Notes under the pieces: generated by a model
What the model was told of the DNA's origin: nothing
Database searches by the model: none
The model's input: the letters and a program-made list of their open reading frames with translations, nothing else
Made by a program: the position numbers and the translations under genes
Shown: positions 57,105-64,000 of the stretch, piece by piece
Numbering within the stretch: the first letter of the stretch is position 1
Layout: each line of letters opens with the position of its first letter
From: the human T2T-CHM13v2.0 reference genome, Homo sapiens
Reading direction: 5' to 3' (one strand)
Assembly: GCF_009914755.1 (NCBI RefSeq)
Contig: NC_060930.1
DNA: 64,000 nt

Positions 57105-59624
57105 ATTATTTGAATATATTCAAGGCAATACTTTGTCAAGGCTTTAAGTATCTGTAGGATGTTTAAATGCAGTATCACATCCACAGACACAGACACATTA
57201 CTTCTGATAGTCAGTTTTCAGGAAAGGGTATAGAAGCAAGAGGTGCGGGCCTTGGTGCCAGATCCAGTTAAGTTTTTAAAAGGCAAAGCCATTTCCAAAT
57301 AAAGTGAAGTAAGATGTTCCTATGAAGTTCCTGAGTCACTTCTAGAACATGGCTAGAACTGAGGGACCAGAAACATTTTATTTTCTTTCCAAGGACGTGT
57401 CCAACTTGTGAAGTGTCCAGGGGATGAGGGTGTCGGGCAGGAGCCTCTCAGGGCCTCACTAGCTGGAGTGTCCTGTGAAGAGGGTGAGCAGGGAAAGTTT
57501 CAGTGCCCTTACTGTGTCATCCTTCCAGGATGAACCTAGTCTCCCTTCATCTTTTTGACACATTAATTTATCACTCAGAGACACACAGCTGTACCACATT
57601 TTATTCAGTTTTTCAAGTAAAGAGGTCCTTAATACTTGTAACCCTGTGATAAATCAATGTTCTACTCTCAAAAATACCCCTAATGAAATAACACTTCTTA
57701 TTTTTAAAAGTTAAAATAAATATCTTAATTGTTTTTTAAAAAATATTTATTTAGACAAAGTTGGATCTGGCCATCTGTTGCCACATAGTTAACTAGTAAT
57801 ATAGTAAATACAGTATGAGAACACACATCTGTTTCCACTCACTGAACTCATTAATCGTGTGGCCTAATGTGACTGCACAGTGCCACTCACATTTTAAATT
57901 TGTACCATGGTGGCAAAGGCTAATCCTGGGGTATTTCATTTATTTGTGATTGCCAAGAAACAAATGAAAATAAAATTTAATATTGTGCTTTATAAAAAAC
58001 CCATTGTGGTGGAGAAAATATGCAAATTTATATGAGATACAAAATGGGATGAAATGCAACTGGTACATATGGGAATCTCAGAGCAGGTGGTCTCCTTTTG
58101 CCCTAACTCTAGTACATTTTTTAGAAGCTTGGTATTTGAGGATCTCACATTCCAAGAGTCTCTCCTGCCAATAGTTTTGCCTGGAACATACTGTACAACC
58201 AGGCTTACCTACCTCCAGGCAGAAGACAAATTATCAACCATTTTCATTGATTCTATGGATGAGAAACCATTCATTAATTATATACATAAATTAATAAAAA
58301 TAATTACTTTATTTAATAATGATTTATTAAATGCTTACTTTATACCAGGCATTCTGCCAGGAAATGTAAAGATAATGGTGAACGATGTAGTCATGTTCTT
58401 TGTTCTAAGAGATCTTCCAGTCTTAAGAGTCCACTCAGTCTGAATGCTTAAGTGATGTTTGAAAATTTAAAGAAATAAACAAACTACTGTCTAAAGATGT
58501 TTTCTCTTTAAAACGCATATAATATTTAAGCAAACCTGAGTTTATTTCTGTATCTTTTGGCTTTAAATGGGATATTTTTAAAAATATACAAATCCACATC
58601 AGCCTAGAAAGTGCTGATTATGTAGCCAACACTGTCTTTATTTTCCTTTTCCTTGTTGATAGAAGAAAAACATGAGAATTTTTTTCTGTTGTCTTAACAC
58701 ACTCCTCATTACCGTTTACAATTTAATTTGGTCCAAAATAAGAAAATAATCTTTCTACTTGTGCTGAAAAAGCTTACTCTGGAGAGTTGGAATCAGTACT
58801 TTCAGCAGCCTCTGGTAAACCAGAAACTTAATCACTCGCAGCAGCTGACCCTCCTGTCCCTGGTGATCTGAATGCCACCATCCTGCAAAGACTTCCACTT
58901 GGCTTTGCAGAGCATTCCACAGCCATTGTCATTGGGCAGATGTGAGCTCAGCTTCTAACGGGAACTCAGAAATGCCTTGTGTTGCTTAGAATCAGTTCTA
59001 GTACTCCATTTTAATATTTGGAATTTCATGTATCCTAAGTAAAATCCCACTTAACGATTAAGCAGAATGGATGTATTATTTTAAAGTTTGTTTTTATCTT
59101 CATTAATCATTTATACGTCTCTTCCCTAACTTAAGAATATAAGAAACCTCAAGTACTAGTTATGTAACCAAATGGATCCTTACGTTCTTCTTACTGCTCA
59201 CTTATAGATTGAGGAAATAAGATGTTCAATGATAGAATAACATGGAAGAGTCTTAAATTCTTTAGCAAATGTAGAAAACTAGTTAGGACTCTTTACATGA
59301 TATAGCTTGTTACAAAATACCACCTTTAATACAATCCTTTTTCCATTGAGTCAAAATAATAGTGGTGTATAGAAGGCTCCAACAGCAGTAATTTTCATTC
59401 ATTTTAAAATACACTCATGTTCAAGGTTAGAAATTTTCAATTGTCCCACAAAAATGTGTGTGGTGTGCCCATAGCATCTATGTTTAATATATCCGTGGAT
59501 TGCTGGAAATGATGAAGAATTGGGTAATACGCAAACATTTTGTACTTTATTCAATACATCAGCACTTGCATACTTCTGAAGAATTATAGTGTAGACACAT
59601 TTGAGGTTTATTCAGACTACAGTT

Positions 59625-60343
<719 letters not shown>

Positions 60344-61441
60344 AGACTACAGTTATTAACTGGTATGGGCATATGAATGGAATGACTTCTCTCAGTGACT
60401 GTGTTGGCCCCACAGCAGCTCACAAGCTGCAGGTGTGGTGCGGGAGATACAAGGGGAAGTCTCAAGGTTGAGTCAGGTGTGGATCCTTTTAAAAGAAAAA
60501 AAAAATGAATTATTGTGTCTCTGGCATTGACTTAATTATTTTTGTTATACACATATGTGACATAACAAACATGTTAAGCATGTACATATACAAACCTGGT
60601 TATAAACTGATTCTGAGAGCTCTTGTGAAACCATAAAATCCAAACAAATTAAAATCAAATATAGGCTACAAAATCACTTAAAATCAAGTTAACAAAACTA
60701 ATTTAATGTGGCAGAAGATGTTGTTTGGCTGAAATTAAATTACTGCTTAAAATGTGAATATGGTACTAGACTGCTGTGGCAACAGTGCTTTTGAGCTCAG
60801 CGTGCCTGTATATTTCAAGTTTGGGGTGATAGTTTTCTGGAAGAACACAGGAAAGTCTTCATTTATTCTTTAAATTTACTTGGTGCAAATAAATCATTTA
60901 TTTATTAAGTCCACTTTTTAATTCTTGCCTGTACTACTTGTTGCTGTTACACACAAAAGGATTGTTTAGTTTATCATCAAAATAAAATCATAAAGGTATT
61001 ATAAATCAAATCCCTTAGATAATGTGAAGAATCTTAAAAACATGTCCAAGCACTTCCTCTCTCCCATTTCTGATGACCATGGACACCAGTTTGAAAAGAG
61101 TACCTTGGAAGATAGTAAAACTTATTATGAACCTGTACTATATGAAAGAGTAGTCTCTATATAATAGCACAAATTTTTGAAATTCAATGCCATAAAACAC
61201 TTAAATGCAGTTTGATTTTTCTGTATAGTATATTACACGGTCACTACTAACCTACATTGTGCCTTTGTGCAAATTAGAAAAGGGTCCCCCCTCCCCTGCA
61301 GACACAGCCCCAAGCCAGGGCTCATGGCTTAAGCCACAGGGGCCAGGCAGGATTTCAGCCCTACTTGCCCTTGGCTCAGTGCCCTCGTGATATGACATCC
61401 TGCATAACTGTACATGGAAGACACTTTATATTAAAAAGTCA

Positions 61442-61768
<327 letters not shown>

Positions 61769-61917
61769 TCATTTAATTTTTCAAAAAAAAAGAAATCCAG
61801 ATTCTCAAATTGACTCATTAGCTCAGTTAAACTTTTTCGTAATGTCATATTTACTTCTGTTAAAGCAAAAGCTTTGGGAAATATTTCCCTTGGGAAAATA
61901 TTCCTGGTGACCGCTTC

Positions 61918-61918
<1 letters not shown>

Positions 61919-61949
<31 letters not shown>
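61919..61949 (+). repeat. (TAAA)n microsatellite
   Basis: Direct reading. Confidence 0.9.
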
Positions 61950-62641
61950 CACCTTCTAACCCATTAGTTCCATTTCCACTTATTTCCCTAATTTCATGGC
62001 AATCTTCCCATTTTAACCCATTTGGTGTAATTGACCAAGTAATCAAACCCTAATTTCAAGTTTCCTGACCCCTTCTTGATCAGTTTCTGTTTATCGAAAC
62101 GGCTATTTTCTTGTTATGCCATAGGGTCCAGAAAGAAATATTTTTGGCATCTTCTATGGCAGGGTTGCCCAGCAGCGATGCAGCTATATATACTCACATT
62201 CTCATTTGCTTACTATATATATATATGTAGCTTAATTTAAGCAAAGCCCTTTCCGTATAGATAGAGCATCTCAAGTAGGAATATGTGATGGTGAATTATG
62301 TAATGCTCTTTTCATGAATATTACTCACTGAGCTTTAAATGCTATTTAGAGGTTATTTCTGAATATGCAAGTCCTTGATGAGGTCCATGTGTGTGCCCAC
62401 CCTACTCTAGCCTAGAGAAAAGGAAAGAGAAGAGAAATGTATTAAGAACTTGTGGCAGGAAACTGGATGATGCTGGAGGTGGAAGCCAGGAAGTTTAGGA
62501 GAATTTAGGGACTCAAGAACCTGATTATATTTTAGTATTATTGTTACTGTTGTTTAAAATTTCAAATCTTTGGCAGGTATGTGCTGAATAAAAGCCCAAA
62601 TCTAGAAGATAGAGTGGTGGAAACATATATATATATCTTTT

Positions 62642-62644
<3 letters not shown>

Positions 62645-62682
<38 letters not shown>
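62645..62682 (+). repeat. (TG)19 microsatellite
   Basis: Direct reading. Confidence 0.95.
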
Positions 62683-62684
<2 letters not shown>

Positions 62685-64000
62685 AGAGAGAGAAGCCATT
62701 CCATTGTGTGTGCGTGTGCATGTACATACCTAAGTATTCTGCAGACACAGCTTCATATAAAAGAATCAGGGCCTGACATACAGAAACAAGTAATTACTGT
62801 TATGCAATTATGAGCTTAAATTGTAAATCCACTCTCCTGTAAACTTCATACACAGCAAAATTATGCAGAGGCAATTTCACTTGGTGGATTAAAGCCATTT
62901 ATCACAGAGTAAATCTTTGCCAGATCCTTGTGAAAGGAATAGAGCACTAGGGGCTGCCATCTACCTAAAGAATCAAAGCCTAGTACACATCGCTAATACC
63001 TCTCTCATTTGCATGCATAATGACCAACTCTGAGCGTAAACAGCGACATGCTCAAACCAGGTGCTTTTGTAAGCTGCCTGCCCTGTATTTGAGGGCATGC
63101 ATTCAAGCTGCCCGATAGTCACCTGAAAAAGGCATCCAGGTACTGTTTTGGAATGTGATCCCAAAACTCTAAAAACATACACAAAGCTTAAATGGACAAT
63201 TTCTGAAATACTAGAGTGCAAACTGACCTCACTCATGCTTCATCTTTGTCAGCCCCTCTGTGCTAGATGGCTTTGGAGGACAGATGAAGTGGGGGAAGGA
63301 ATGGGGAGAGACATATTAGTGCTTCCTCCTCAGCTCTCCTTTCCTCTCTCTTTCCCCTTCAGCTACCAGAAGAGGCTGCTGAAGGACCTTTTGCACAATT
63401 TGGCAGTCATACTATTCTCAGGCAAATTACTAGTAGTCATTTTTGAAAAACTGAAATTCTTCTCAACTCAGGATGCAGAGCCTGCCCATTCCCTGTCACT
63501 CCCCACTCTGGTCCTATGGAACATGAAGAATGAAAAATCAATAAATTCTTTAAGTGGTTTTGAGTCCCCACTGTGTTCTGTGCACAGACCTAGAGGCATC
63601 CCCTGCTGAGCTTCTCCTTTTGCCCACATGCTGGATCTGGGATGATTCTGGCTTCACTGTGAGTCCCCTGTTCTGTGATAACTTTACAGTACAGAATCCA
63701 GACAACTTGTGCACCTGCTGTCAGTGATAAGGTCTGTGATTGCTCCTTCACTACTAAATACTCGTTCCACCCAGGACGTGAATCTCTAGCACTGGAGCCA
63801 TTTTCAAATCAGTGCCTGTGGTCATAAGGAAGTGTTTGCTGCCCTCAAATGCTTGCAAACTATTTTCCAAATGGGCCTACACGGGCTCTAGGATTTTCCA
63901 CTTTGAAAGAATATTTTCATTAAGCATGTCCACTGTTAGATAGGCTTTCCACTGGAAAGGAACAGAGGCTCAATGTTGTCATCCTAATCCACGGGGGCTT

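Overview
Primate (most likely human) genomic DNA, AT-rich and dense in repeats. The whole window lies in the 5' part of PHACTR1 (phosphatase and actin regulator 1, + strand). I recognised the gene from two coding exons that splice in frame: 1174-1276 ([34 protein letters not shown]) and 32075-32221 ([49 protein letters not shown]). A probable 5'UTR exon ends at 172. A CpG island surrounds the second coding exon and looks like an internal promoter. The rest is intron filled with Alu, L1, L2, MIR, LTR and DNA-transposon relics, and nearly all ORFs in the supplied track are repeat or low-complexity artefacts. I see no wholly new gene system. The most unusual structure is at about 24511-27154: a MER41-family endogenous retrovirus present as an RNA-form retrocopy (R-U5...U3-R, A-rich tail, long TSD, apparently spliced) rather than a provirus. 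It keeps one intact STAT/GAS motif and sits in a four-level nest of insertions (MER5A > L1ME > MER41 retrocopy > L1PA ORF2 fragment). Other notable items: a tailless 34-nt U2 snRNA retrocopy, an L1 3' transduction, two twin-primed L1 inversions, a 27-nt periodic N-terminal exon, and a splice acceptor with no nearby branch adenosine. Repeat family and subfamily names come from remembered consensus sequences and need RepeatMasker/Dfam confirmation; boundaries of old repeats are approximate.
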